The notes beneath the pieces were generated by a model, which did no database searches, was not told the origin of the DNA, and saw only the letters and a program-made list of their open reading frames with translations. From Elainellaceae cyanobacterium (GTDB lineage: Bacteria; Cyanobacteriota; Cyanobacteriia; CAKZMO01): 64,000 nucleotides of DNA. This document shows positions 27,043 through 35,964 of this stretch, in pieces. The first letter of the stretch is position 1, and each line of letters begins with the position of its first letter. The stretch covers positions 8,093 to 72,092 of the forward strand of contig JBHJHD010000085.1 in NCBI GenBank assembly GCA_050331115.1, given 5' to 3'. Both the position numbers and the translations under genes were made by a program.

Positions 27043-27699
27043 TTAGCCCAGCACAACGCCAGACAAGAAAGCAGCGCCAGCTCCCGCTAGGGCAAATCCA
27101 GCAAACCGGAGACCGAGGGTTTGTTTACCCGAGGTCAGATGGTTAGCGACCCAGCAAGTCGCGGCGGCGATCGCCCCTTGAACGACAGCGAAGCCCAGCA
27201 GGTAGGCCACCAGAGGCGTCATTTCAGCGCCAACCACTGCTTCCCCGTAGGCATAGCCATGGAACAGACCTGAGAGAGCGGCCAGCGCAGTAATGGTGAC
27301 CGTTTGAGGGCGATGCTTTAGGGCTAGGATGCCGCCAAACATCAGCACCGATGCCGAAATTGTAAACTCGGGGGCAGGCAAATTTAGCCCGAGCAGATGC
27401 AGTCCGGTACCGGCAAGGGAGGCCAGCACAAAGCTCACCGGAATCATCAGACCGCGGCCCACCGCCGCTGCTAATAGACCAGCAGCAATAACGAAGGCGA
27501 GGTGGTCTAGCCCGACGACAGGGTGACCCAGGCCGGACAGGAAACCCTCTACGGCGCTAGATGGCGTCTGGCCGCCAAAAGGATGGTGCGCCAGGGCTGG
27601 CGCTGCTACCAGAAACCCTAGAGCGGCAATTAGGCTTATGCCGCCGATGCGAGCGGCCGCAGGCCTTAGCTCTTGATCAGTCAATCGCAAACGTAACAT
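27043..27699 (-). CDS. hupE: HupE/UreJ family Ni/Co transporter
   Basis: Signal-like N-terminus, then HHPFGG......GFLSGLGHPVVGLDHLAFVIAAGLLA, and 6 TM helices. Starts 40 nt after the cynS stop. Confidence 0.85.
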   Translation of the reverse strand: MLRLRLTDQELRPAAARIGGISLIAALGFLVAAPALAHHPFGGQTPSSAVEGFLSGLGHPVVGLDHLAFVIAAGLLAAAVGRGLMIPVSFVLASLAGTGLHLLGLNLPAPEFTISASVLMFGGILALKHRPQTVTITALAALSGLFHGYAYGEAVVGAEMTPLVAYLLGFAVVQGAIAAATCWVANHLTSGKQTLGLRFAGFALAGAGAAFLSGVVLG

Positions 27700-27739
27700 G
27701 GGCGTCCTCTTAGCAGATGAATGAAAAATTTACCGTGTG

Positions 27740-28183
27740 TTACCACTTCTTGTAAGGCAAGAATTTACCACACATAATAATCTTGACGCGATCGCCTTTG
27801 GGGTCCTCCTCCCGCTCCACGTCTACAGAAAAGTCGATGGCGCTCATGATGCCGTCGCCAAATTTCTCGTGAACAACGGTTTTGATGGGCGTGCCGTAGA
27901 CCTGCATAATCTCATAGAAGCGGTAGATCAGCGGGTCGGTGGGGATGACGGGGTCCAAGGAGCCTTTGACGGGGCATTCGGTCAAGGGTTCGATGAGGGA
28001 GGCGTCGGCGCCGATGGCTTCGACGATTTTGGTGGCTTCTTCTTCGGAGGCGCTGGCCTGGCGGTAGACGACGGAGGCGATCCAGACTTCGTCGCAGCCC
28101 ACTTTGGCTTCGAGGTCGGCAAAGGTGAGTCCGGCGGCTTTTTTGGCGGCTAGGAGTTTTTCGGTGATTTCTGAAATTGGCAT
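27740..28183 (-). CDS. cynS: Cyanase (cyanate hydratase)
   Basis: 147 aa. [25 protein letters not shown]...VVYRQ...[30 protein letters not shown]...[19 protein letters not shown]. Confidence 0.97.
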   Translation of the reverse strand: MPISEITEKLLAAKKAAGLTFADLEAKVGCDEVWIASVVYRQASASEEEATKIVEAIGADASLIEPLTECPVKGSLDPVIPTDPLIYRFYEIMQVYGTPIKTVVHEKFGDGIMSAIDFSVDVEREEDPKGDRVKIIMCGKFLPYKKW

Positions 28184-28377
28184 GGTTCAATCCTCACTTT
28201 TTGATGTCTAGTTCAATTTGGTAGTTCAAACTTAATTAGAGTTTCCTGTGCGGAAAATTTCGGCTAAAGACGCTAGGTTTTGCTTTACCCCCCTCAATTC
28301 CCCTGCGTCTTACGGACACGCTTCGCGAAAGCAAAGGGGGAAGCCTTGGTCCTTGTCATCTCCGGAGACAGAGGCAT

Positions 28378-28454
28378 GTAGGTTGGGTTAGCGGCAGCGT
28401 AACCCAACACAGATATTGGCAGCGTTGGGTTTCATTGCATTCAACCCAACCTAC
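28378..28454. repeat. Two tandem GTTGGGTT...AACCCAAC hairpins nested in a 12-bp outer inverted repeat
   Basis: GTAGGTTGGGTTA gcggcagcg TAACCCAAC ... GTTGGGTT tcattgcattc AACCCAACCTAC. The outer arms GTAGGTTGGGTT and AACCCAACCTAC are complementary. The cynD stop codon (28451-28453) lies inside the last arm. Confidence 0.9.
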
Positions 28455-29341
28455 CCCCGGCCAATCCGCGCCTCCTCCACCGCCCGCGTCTCCCGGAACA
28501 GGTGGCTCTCCATCTCCGCCTTTAGCCCGTGATAGGCCGGATGCTGCTCAATGCTGTCGCGATCGCGAGGCCGGGGGAACGGCACCTCCAAAATCTCATC
28601 CACCCGCGCCGCCGGTCCCCGGGTCATCATCACGATGCGGTCTGAGAGCAGCAGCGCTTCGTCAATGCTGTGGGTAATCATGATCACCGTCTTGCGCTGC
28701 CGCTCCCAAATGCGCTCGATCTCCTCCTGCAGGAAGCCCCGCGTCAGAGCGTCCAGCGCCCCGAAAGGCTCATCCATCAGCAAAATCTGCGGGTCGATGG
28801 CCAGGGCGCGGGCAATGCCCACCCGCTGCCGCATGCCGCCGGATAGCTCATGGGGGTGCTTGCGCTCGGCCCCCTCTAGACCCACCAGCTGAATGTTTTC
28901 CTTAATCAGCCGCTTCATGCCCTTGCCGGACAGCTTGGGATGCACCGTCTCCACGGCAAAGCGGATGTTCTCCTCCACCGTCATCCAGGGCATGAGGGCG
29001 TAGTTCTGAAACACCATGCCCCGGTTTGGCCCCGGCCCGGTAATCGGGCTGCCGTTGAGCAAAATCTCGCCGCTGGTAATCGGCATCAGTCCCGCAACCA
29101 TGCCCAGCAGCGTCGACTTGCCGCAGCCCGAGGGACCGATGATAGTCACAAAGGTGTTGGGCTCGATCTCCATGCTGATGTCTTCGATGGCGGTGAAGTC
29201 GCGGCTCGACTTGCCAGACAGCTTATCCAAAAAGCCACTCTTACCGGGGAAGGTTTTGGTGACGCTGCGAATAGAAAGCTGGGAGGATGAGCCCTGGTCA
29301 ACTTGATCAGTAACAGCGCCATTCACGGATGCTAAGCTCAT
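28451..29341 (-). CDS. cynD: Cyanate/nitrate-type ABC transporter ATP-binding protein
   Basis: Walker A GPSGCGKST, signature LSGGMRQRVGIARAL, Walker B LLMDEPFGALD. 4-nt overlap with cynB. The cynS context supports the cyn assignment. Confidence 0.85.
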   Translation of the reverse strand: MSLASVNGAVTDQVDQGSSSQLSIRSVTKTFPGKSGFLDKLSGKSSRDFTAIEDISMEIEPNTFVTIIGPSGCGKSTLLGMVAGLMPITSGEILLNGSPITGPGPNRGMVFQNYALMPWMTVEENIRFAVETVHPKLSGKGMKRLIKENIQLVGLEGAERKHPHELSGGMRQRVGIARALAIDPQILLMDEPFGALDALTRGFLQEEIERIWERQRKTVIMITHSIDEALLLSDRIVMMTRGPAARVDEILEVPFPRPRDRDSIEQHPAYHGLKAEMESHLFRETRAVEEARIGRG

Positions 29342-30171
29342 GAGTTTCGACCAAACGCAACAACTTTTTCCAATACTGCGAAGATGGTGTCGAGGATTAG
29401 CCCCACCAGACCAATGATGAAGATCGCCACCAGGATATTGGGGATAGAGAGGTTATTCCACTCGTTCCAAATGAAGTATCCCAGCCCCGTCCCTAGCAGC
29501 ATCTCCGCCGCCACAATCACCAGCCAGGCGATGCCCATGCTGATGCGCAGACCCGAGACGATGTTGGGCAACGCCGCCGGAATGATTACCTTAAAGATGG
29601 TGCGCAGGCGGGAGGCCCCCAGGGTGTTGGCCACGTCTAGGTAGTCCTTATCCACGTTGGCCACCCCGAAGGCGGTGTTGATTAGGGTGGGCCAGATGCT
29701 GGAGATGAAGATGATGAACACCCCCGTCTGCTCCGAGTCCCGGAGGATGTAGAGGCCCAGGGGCAGCCACGCCAGGGGAGACACCGGCTTCAGGAGCTGA
29801 ATGTAGGGGTTAAACCCTTTGCGGGCCACGGGAGACATGCCGATCAGAATCCCCAGGGGGACGGCAATTACCGATGCCAAGATATACCCGATCGCCACCC
29901 GCCTGAGGCTGATGAGCAAGTTCCAGCCGATGCCCAAGTCGTTGGGGCCATTGTCGAAAAAGGGATGGGTGATCCACCACCAAAACTCCTTCAGGGTTTC
30001 GCTGGCGGTGGGCATGCCCTTTGAGAACCAGCCCGCCCGCGCCCCAATCTCCCAAAAGCCCAGGAAGAGCACCAGGGACAGGATAAACAGTCCGACGGCT
30101 TTGACATTCTCGTTCAGCCAAGGGGAGTCGTCCTTCTCAGGGGTCAGGGGTGTTGCACTTGTAATGGTCAT
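29338..30171 (-). CDS. cynB: Cyanate/nitrate-type ABC transporter permease
   Basis: 277 aa with 6 TM helices. NrtB/CynB-like permease loop ANTLGASRLRTIFKVIIPAALPNIVSGLRISMG. Confidence 0.85.
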   Translation of the reverse strand: MTITSATPLTPEKDDSPWLNENVKAVGLFILSLVLFLGFWEIGARAGWFSKGMPTASETLKEFWWWITHPFFDNGPNDLGIGWNLLISLRRVAIGYILASVIAVPLGILIGMSPVARKGFNPYIQLLKPVSPLAWLPLGLYILRDSEQTGVFIIFISSIWPTLINTAFGVANVDKDYLDVANTLGASRLRTIFKVIIPAALPNIVSGLRISMGIAWLVIVAAEMLLGTGLGYFIWNEWNNLSIPNILVAIFIIGLVGLILDTIFAVLEKVVAFGRNS

Positions 30172-30180
30172 ATGTCCTCC

Positions 30181-31827
30181 CTACACGCCGTACTCTTCAA
30201 TTTGCTTGTCGATATACTCGCCCGGCGTCTCCGGGTCGAAGCTGTCGAACTTGAGGTCTTCGGAGCGGTAGATTTCATCGGGCGGGGTTTGGCCCAGCTC
30301 TTCGGCCAGCTCACGGGCGAGGTCCGTCAAGAAGATCTCCTGGCCTACGTCGTCGTAGCCCCGCTCGGGAATAATATCCGCCGACTTGCCGTCCCCCTGC
30401 AGGTCCCAGCGCACCAGCTGCGAGGAGATCCAGTTGGCGAAGCTCTGCCAGGGGTAGGGGTCGAAGTCGATGCGGTCGGGGACGTCTAGGGTATTGCCCT
30501 GGCCGTCCTCAAAGTTGCCGGTGAGCACCGCTTCCACCACCTCCACGGGCTGGTTCAAGAAGGCCCGCTCGGAAATGGCCTTGGCAATCTCGGGCCGGTT
30601 GGCGGGGTCGCGGGCATAGCCTGCCGCCTCGATGATGGACTTGTTCAACGCCCGGAAGGTGTTGGGGTTGTCGCTAATCCACTGGTCGCTGGCGGCAAAG
30701 GCGCAGCAGGGGTGGCCGGGCCACAGCTCCTTGGTAATTAGGTGAATGAAGCCCTCGCCTTCGTAAACCGCCCGCTGATTGAAGGGGTCGGGCATTAGGT
30801 AGGCGTCGATGTCGCCCGCCACCATTTGGGCGATGCTGTCCGGCGGCGGCACGGGGCGAATCTGCACGTCCACGTCGGGGTCTAGTCCACCCGTGGCCAG
30901 GTAGTAGCGCAGCAGCAGGTTGTGCATGGAGTAGGGGAAGGGCACTCCCATAACGAAGCCCTTGAAGTCGGCGGGGCCGTTCACCTTGCCCAAGTGGCGG
31001 TTGGCGACGGTAATCGCCTGACCGTTGATGTTTTCGATGCTGGCCAGCTTGACGCCAAAGGCGGCGGACCCCAGCCCCAGGGTCATGGCAATGGGCATGG
31101 GGGCCAGCATGTGGTAAGCGTCCAGCTCGCCAGCGATCGCTGAATCCCGCACCGCACCCCAGCTGGGCATCTTCACCACCTCGGCGTTGAAGCCGTACTT
31201 TTGGTAGAAGCCCAGCGGCTCGGACATGATGATCGGCGTGGCGCAGGTGATGGGAATAAAGCCAATTCGCAGGTCAGTTTTCTCCAGTCCCTCAGCGGAG
31301 ACCGGCTCATCCCCCCCCGCTTCAGCCACCGGCTCCTCGCCCCCGCAGGACGCAAGGCTTACCAGGGCCGCCCCCACCGCCAGGTTGCGCAGAAACTCGC
31401 GTCGGGTGTGCTGACCGTTGCGAATGGAGTCGGCGAAGAACAGCCCCGCCTGGGGGCCAAAGGCGGCGGCAAAGGCATTTTCCAGCCCGCCCGCCTGACG
31501 ACACAAGTCCAAAATCAGCTTCTCGCGCTTAGGGCTGCCTCGGCCTACGGTTTTGAGGAACAGCGTTTTGCGCAGCTCGTGGGCGTTGACGGAATCGGCG
31601 GCCCGCAGCTGGTTATCTTTGTACAGCCCCATCTTCACCAGGTCGTCCACCATGTCCACTGGGTCCTGGGGCATGGTCTGCATGAACTCCCAGTGGTCGC
31701 GGGTGAAGTGGGTGCCGCCGCAGATGACGCACTTGAGCTGCAGATCGGAGAGCTCACCGCGATCGCAGTCTAAGTTTTTCCATCGCTGGGCCGACGCCGC
31801 TGAAAAATTTGTCGCTGTAAAAACCAT
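30181..31827 (-). CDS. cynA: NrtA/CynA-family substrate-binding lipoprotein with a long N-terminal extension
   Basis: 548 aa. Tat motif TRREFL (aa 141-146), h-region and lipobox LASC (Cys161), then an NrtA/CmpA-like binding domain (IGFIPITCATPIIM...). The preceding 140 aa contain C21, C33-x2-C36, H40 and H45. Alternative internal TTG starts exist at codons 106 and 108. Confidence 0.8.
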   Translation of the reverse strand: MVFTATNFSAASAQRWKNLDCDRGELSDLQLKCVICGGTHFTRDHWEFMQTMPQDPVDMVDDLVKMGLYKDNQLRAADSVNAHELRKTLFLKTVGRGSPKREKLILDLCRQAGGLENAFAAAFGPQAGLFFADSIRNGQHTRREFLRNLAVGAALVSLASCGGEEPVAEAGGDEPVSAEGLEKTDLRIGFIPITCATPIIMSEPLGFYQKYGFNAEVVKMPSWGAVRDSAIAGELDAYHMLAPMPIAMTLGLGSAAFGVKLASIENINGQAITVANRHLGKVNGPADFKGFVMGVPFPYSMHNLLLRYYLATGGLDPDVDVQIRPVPPPDSIAQMVAGDIDAYLMPDPFNQRAVYEGEGFIHLITKELWPGHPCCAFAASDQWISDNPNTFRALNKSIIEAAGYARDPANRPEIAKAISERAFLNQPVEVVEAVLTGNFEDGQGNTLDVPDRIDFDPYPWQSFANWISSQLVRWDLQGDGKSADIIPERGYDDVGQEIFLTDLARELAEELGQTPPDEIYRSEDLKFDSFDPETPGEYIDKQIEEYGV

Positions 31828-31997
31828 AGTTTCTGTTACCTAAGTGCCGTTGTAAAACTCGGCCTACCCTCAGTTCTTAAGCTAACGAGCGTATTGCTCT
31901 GTAAGATATCAAGGATTAGCTAAGATCGCATTGGAGAATTTTTAGAACATGGGTAGGACTTTCTTTTGCAGTTATTTTTTCCAGGCAAAGTTGAGGG

Positions 31998-32810
31998 CTA
32001 ATTCGTCACTTTCGCTACAGATCCCTGCCGCCACGCCTGGGGCGAGACGCCGTGAAACTTGCGAAACTGCCGGGTGAAATACCCCGCATCGCTGTAGCCC
32101 GAAGACTCGGCAATTTGCCGCACGCTCTGGGCCGAGCCTGAGAGCAGCGACCTGGCCTGAGCCATGCGCCGCTCAATAATCCAGCGCTTCACCGAGCGGC
32201 CCGTCTGCTCCTGCACCAGACTGGTGAGGTAGGCCGGAGAGTAGCCCGCCTCCTGGGCCACGTCGCTGAGGTTGATAGGCTGTCGGTAGCGGCTTTCGAT
32301 GAAGTGGAAGACGGTGGCCAGCTTGGGACAGTCTGGGAAAATAGAGCTGGGCCGGGGCAGCTTAGTGCGTTTCGCTACTCTAGGGATACTGGCGGAAGGC
32401 GTCTCTGAAGCTGGCGTGTAATACGATCGAGACAGCTCCTCCTGTCGCTTTAACCTAACGTTGATGGCTGCTAAGAACTGCTCCACGGTGCAGGGCTTTG
32501 TCAGGTAGTCATCCGCCCCTAACTCCATCCCCCGCCGTAGGTCGGCCATGGTCACCTTGGCAGTGAGAAAAATTAATGGAATCGCTGCCGTGTGCTGCGA
32601 TCGCCTCAGGGCTGAAAGCACCGCATAGCCGTCGATGTCGGGCATCATGATGTCGCACACCACTAGGTCTGGATGCTGGGCTTGAGCGATCACCACCCCC
32701 TCACCGCCGCCGCTGGCTTCCAATGCTTGAAAGCCCTCAAACGCCAAACACTTTAGGAAAATGCTGCGGGTTTGGTCCTCATCTTCAATGATTAATACCG
32801 TCTTCATCAC
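31998..32810 (-). CDS. Response regulator with AraC-type HTH output domain
   Basis: REC: VLIIEDE...DLVVCDIMMPDIDGY...LTAK. C-terminal AraC HTH: LSDVAQEAGYSPAYLTSLVQEQTGRSVKRWIIERRMAQARSLL......IAESSGYSDAGYFTRQFRKFHGVSP. Confidence 0.9.
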   Translation of the reverse strand: MMKTVLIIEDEDQTRSIFLKCLAFEGFQALEASGGGEGVVIAQAQHPDLVVCDIMMPDIDGYAVLSALRRSQHTAAIPLIFLTAKVTMADLRRGMELGADDYLTKPCTVEQFLAAINVRLKRQEELSRSYYTPASETPSASIPRVAKRTKLPRPSSIFPDCPKLATVFHFIESRYRQPINLSDVAQEAGYSPAYLTSLVQEQTGRSVKRWIIERRMAQARSLLSGSAQSVRQIAESSGYSDAGYFTRQFRKFHGVSPQAWRQGSVAKVTN

Positions 32811-32993
32811 AGGGATTTAGGCCTACTTAATGACAACAAGATCGCATTCCCGCAAGCGTTTTTTGATATAAACCATTGCGGCACTGCGACGCGCTGTAGG
32901 CCAACACGTCTTCTCTTCTTAATTGCTAAATTACATCTTTGTGGTGTACTACAATACAGTTACCGCTCTCGTTTTAGAAATAGCCTATGGCTT

Positions 32994-34247
32994 ATGAGCG
33001 GCTCTTCAAACCATTTTTCCCTATTGCCAAACCAGGCACCAGACCAAGCGTTAAAGCAGCTGCGCCGCCAGCATCAGCTGATCCTCAACGCTGTTGGCGA
33101 AGGGGTTTATGGGCTAGATCTAGAGGGCAACGTCACCTTCGTCAACCCGGCGGCGGCGGCGATGATCGACTGGCCCATAGATGAACTAATCGGCAAATCG
33201 ATGCACCGGGTGCTGCATCACTCCCACGCCGACAAGACTCCCTACCCCAGGGAAAACTGCCCTATCTACGCCGCCTTCCAGGACGGCAGCGTGCACCGGG
33301 TAACGGGTGAAGTTTTTTGGCGCAAGGACGGCAGCAGCTTTCCAGTAGAGTATATCAGCACACCGATGCGCGACGAAGCGGGCCAGCTGATCGGCGCGGT
33401 GGTCACCTTTCGCTATATTACCCAGCGGCGCTGGGCCGAGCAGGTGCAGCAGCAGGCCAACGAAGCGCTAGAGGAAAAGGTGAAGGAGCGGACGGCGCGG
33501 CTGCAGCAGGCCAACCAAAAGCTGCTGGAGCTGAGCGAGATGCGATCGCGCTTCGTCTCCATGGTGTGCCACGAGTTTCGCAACCCGCTCAACAATATCG
33601 CCCTGTCGGTCTCCTCTCTCAACCGCTACGACGCCCAGCTCCAGCCCCAGGAAAAGGCCGACTACCTGCGCAATATTGTCACCAACGTCGATCGCATGAC
33701 CCAGATGATCGACGACATTTTGACCATTGGCAAAATCGAGGCCAACCGCGTAGCGGTCAGCCCCGAGCCCGTGGATTTGGTCGCGTTTTGCCAACGGCTG
33801 CTGAGGGAACAGGAATACCGCAGACCCCAAAACCCCATTCGGCTTTCCTGCCGCAGCCGTCAGCTCGTGGTTTCCCTAGACGAGCGGCTGCTGTGGTCGA
33901 TTTTGACCAACCTGCTCTCCAACACCATTCGCTACACGCCCAAGGATGGGGCGATCGCCCTAAAGCTGGCCAAGCGGCAGCGGCAGGTGGTCATTCAGGT
34001 CAAAGACGAGGGTATCGGCATTTCCCCAGAAGACCAGCGCCACCTGTTTGAGCCATTTCACCGGGGCCGCAACGTCAGCAACATTCCCGGTACGGGCCTA
34101 GGGCTGAGCATCGTGAAGCAGTTTGTGGACCTGCTGCAGGGGACCGTTGAGGTGACGAGCCAGCTGGGACAGGGCACGACGTTTACGGTGCGATTTCCCG
34201 CATCACTGGAGTCGCCTAACCTTCTGAGGCCCGCGGCGCAGACTTAA
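32994..34247 (+). CDS. PAS-domain sensor histidine kinase
   Basis: PAS (LNAVGEGVYGLDLEGNVTFVNPAAA...), H-box MVCHEFRNPLN, N box LLSNTIRYTP, G boxes DEGIGI and GTGLGLSIV. Divergent from the AraC-type regulator. Confidence 0.9.
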   Translation: MSGSSNHFSLLPNQAPDQALKQLRRQHQLILNAVGEGVYGLDLEGNVTFVNPAAAAMIDWPIDELIGKSMHRVLHHSHADKTPYPRENCPIYAAFQDGSVHRVTGEVFWRKDGSSFPVEYISTPMRDEAGQLIGAVVTFRYITQRRWAEQVQQQANEALEEKVKERTARLQQANQKLLELSEMRSRFVSMVCHEFRNPLNNIALSVSSLNRYDAQLQPQEKADYLRNIVTNVDRMTQMIDDILTIGKIEANRVAVSPEPVDLVAFCQRLLREQEYRRPQNPIRLSCRSRQLVVSLDERLLWSILTNLLSNTIRYTPKDGAIALKLAKRQRQVVIQVKDEGIGISPEDQRHLFEPFHRGRNVSNIPGTGLGLSIVKQFVDLLQGTVEVTSQLGQGTTFTVRFPASLESPNLLRPAAQT

Positions 34248-34425
34248 AACCAAGCTCGTTGTGCATGCCGGTACAGAAGGGCTGCTTGGTTGAGCCACCG
34301 CAGCGGCAAAGGGCGATGGTCGCCTGGTCTGCCGGGAAGCTGTTGCCTTCAGCATCGACAAGGTCGATATCGCCTTTCACCAGAAAAGGTCCATTGTCTT
34401 TCACGGTAACGGTAACGTCAGCCAT
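34216..34425 (-). CDS. CDGSH-type iron-sulfur domain protein (variant motif)
   Basis: 69 aa. NGPFLVKG... CRCGGSTKQPFCTGMH follows C-x-C-x2-S-x3-P-x-C-(D>T)-G-(S>M)-H. The 3-prime end overlaps the convergent kinase gene by 32 nt. Confidence 0.75.
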   Translation of the reverse strand: MADVTVTVKDNGPFLVKGDIDLVDAEGNSFPADQATIALCRCGGSTKQPFCTGMHNELGFKSAPRASEG

Positions 34426-34609
34426 TTTAATTAATCTCCTGTTGAAATATAGTCTGTTAGCTACGGTATACCCGTCGAGCTTGCCTTATTGAAGCTAGCG
34501 CTGTCTACCAGAAAGTTGCCCTTTTGAAGTGCTCAAATCCTGAGTCTATCTTGCTGTAGCGCTAAACCCGCTCCGCCAGCAGGTGCCAGTGCCAAGAGTT
34601 TAACTTGTT

Positions 34610-34968
34610 ATGAACCTGGTCAACGAGCCGGCGCTGCTCAGCTTGCCCCTGTCGATTGTAGCGGCGAAAAACACCACGCCTCACCCGGTGCTCTTTACCC
34701 TCAGCCGCAGCCTAATCACCCTGCTGTGGGTCGTTCCGGACCTAGTTTGGGGGCTGATTTTCATCATCGTGGTGGGGCTATCCTGGCCATCACGGTGGAC
34801 GCGATGGGGTTCTGCGGCAAGTTCTTTGCAGAGCGGATTGAGGAGGTGGAGCTGTCGACCTCGATGCAGCTGCTGCGCTACGACGAGGCCCTGATGGTGA
34901 TTATTGTGATTTTTGCGGTGGTGCTGGTGGAGCAGGTGTCTAGCCTGGTGCGGAAGGCGATTATTTAG
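34610..34968 (+). pseudogene. Relic of a phnE-like phosphonate ABC permease (3-prime part, frameshifted, with an internal deletion)
   Basis: Frame 1 LSLPLSIVAAKNTTPHPVLFTLSRSLITLLWVVPDLVWGLIFIIVVG parallels Ptx[48 protein letters not shown]. Frame 2 ..MGFCGKFFAERIEEVEL......LLRYDEALMVIIVIFAVVLVEQVSSLVRKAII* parallels the PtxC C-terminus. The N-terminal ~95 codons and a central block are missing. Confidence 0.7.
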
Positions 34969-35964
34969 CTACACAGCGCCCTGAGGCGTCTTACCCTGGA
35001 GCGCTTGAACCAGGTTCACCGCCGCTTCCATGGCGATCGCCCGACGAACCCCTTCAACAGCAGACCCGAGATGAGGGGTAAAGAAGGTGCGATCGCCCTC
35101 CCTCAGCAGCCGGGGCTCAATAGTGCGGGGTCGGTCTGTCCGGGCCCAGTCCTCCATTTCGAAGACATCGGCGGCGTAACCGGCCAGCTGTCCTGATGCC
35201 AGGGCATCCGCAACCGCACCCTCATCCACCACAGACCCCCGCGATGGATTGACCAGAATGCTGCCGGGCTTCATGCGGGCGATTGCCTCTCGGCCTATAA
35301 GGTGGAGGGTGCTGGGCTGGAGCGGCGTCATCAGCACCACATAGTCGCTGGTCTCCAGCAGCGTATCAAGGTCCACCGCCCTAAGGTTCCACTGCTGTTC
35401 CAATTCCGGCGACAGCGGCAGGGGGTCGGTGTATTGCAGGGTCATGTCAAACCCCTGAAGCCGTGGTGCTAGGGCGCGTCCGAGCTGGCCCATGCCGACG
35501 ATGCCCAAGGTTTTGCCCGGCAGCCCCGGACTGTAAAGAATCGGTCGCCACCCGGCAAACTCACCCCTGCGGACATAGGCGTCGCCTTCGAGCATGCGGC
35601 GGGCTAGACCCAGCAGTAGGCCAATTGTGAGTTCCGCTGTCGGGGCGGCCAGTAAATCGGGCACAATCGTGAACCAGATATTGCGATCGCGGCAAGCCTC
35701 GACGTCAAAATTGTCGTAGCCCCGCAAGGCCCCAGCGATGACCCTGAGCCTTGGGCAGGCCGCTAAGAAAGCGGCATCCACGGAATCTGGCATGAACACC
35801 ATCAATCCCTCAGCGTCCTGCGCCCGCCGTAGCACTTCCTCCGGGGACAGCGTATCGCGGGTCGGATTTTCCAGCACGTCGCAGGTTTGGCCCAGAAACT
35901 CGATCACGTCAGGGTGTACCCAATGGGTCACCACAACCTTTGGACGACGAGACGCATCGCTCAC
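34969..35964 (-). CDS. ptxD: NAD-dependent phosphite dehydrogenase
   Basis: 331 aa. Collinear, from memory, with Pseudomonas stutzeri PtxD: VVTHWVH...[48 protein letters not shown]...[60 protein letters not shown]. Confidence 0.92.
   Translation of the reverse strand: MSDASRRPKVVVTHWVHPDVIEFLGQTCDVLENPTRDTLSPEEVLRRAQDAEGLMVFMPDSVDAAFLAACPRLRVIAGALRGYDNFDVEACRDRNIWFTIVPDLLAAPTAELTIGLLLGLARRMLEGDAYVRRGEFAGWRPILYSPGLPGKTLGIVGMGQLGRALAPRLQGFDMTLQYTDPLPLSPELEQQWNLRAVDLDTLLETSDYVVLMTPLQPSTLHLIGREAIARMKPGSILVNPSRGSVVDEGAVADALASGQLAGYAADVFEMEDWARTDRPRTIEPRLLREGDRTFFTPHLGSAVEGVRRAIAMEAAVNLVQALQGKTPQGAV

Noticed and set aside
31891-31904. NtcA-like site GTATTGCTCTGTAA (GTA-N8-TAA) upstream of cynA.
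   Set aside because: The second half-site is TAA and not TAC, and I could not find a TAN3T -10 box about 22 nt downstream in the cynA direction. NtcA control of cyn is expected from other cyanobacteria, but this particular site is not convincing.
33317-34051. 244-aa alternative-frame ORF inside the PAS kinase gene.
   Set aside because: Arg/Pro/Ala/Gly-rich off-frame artefact. The annotated frame carries all the kinase boxes.
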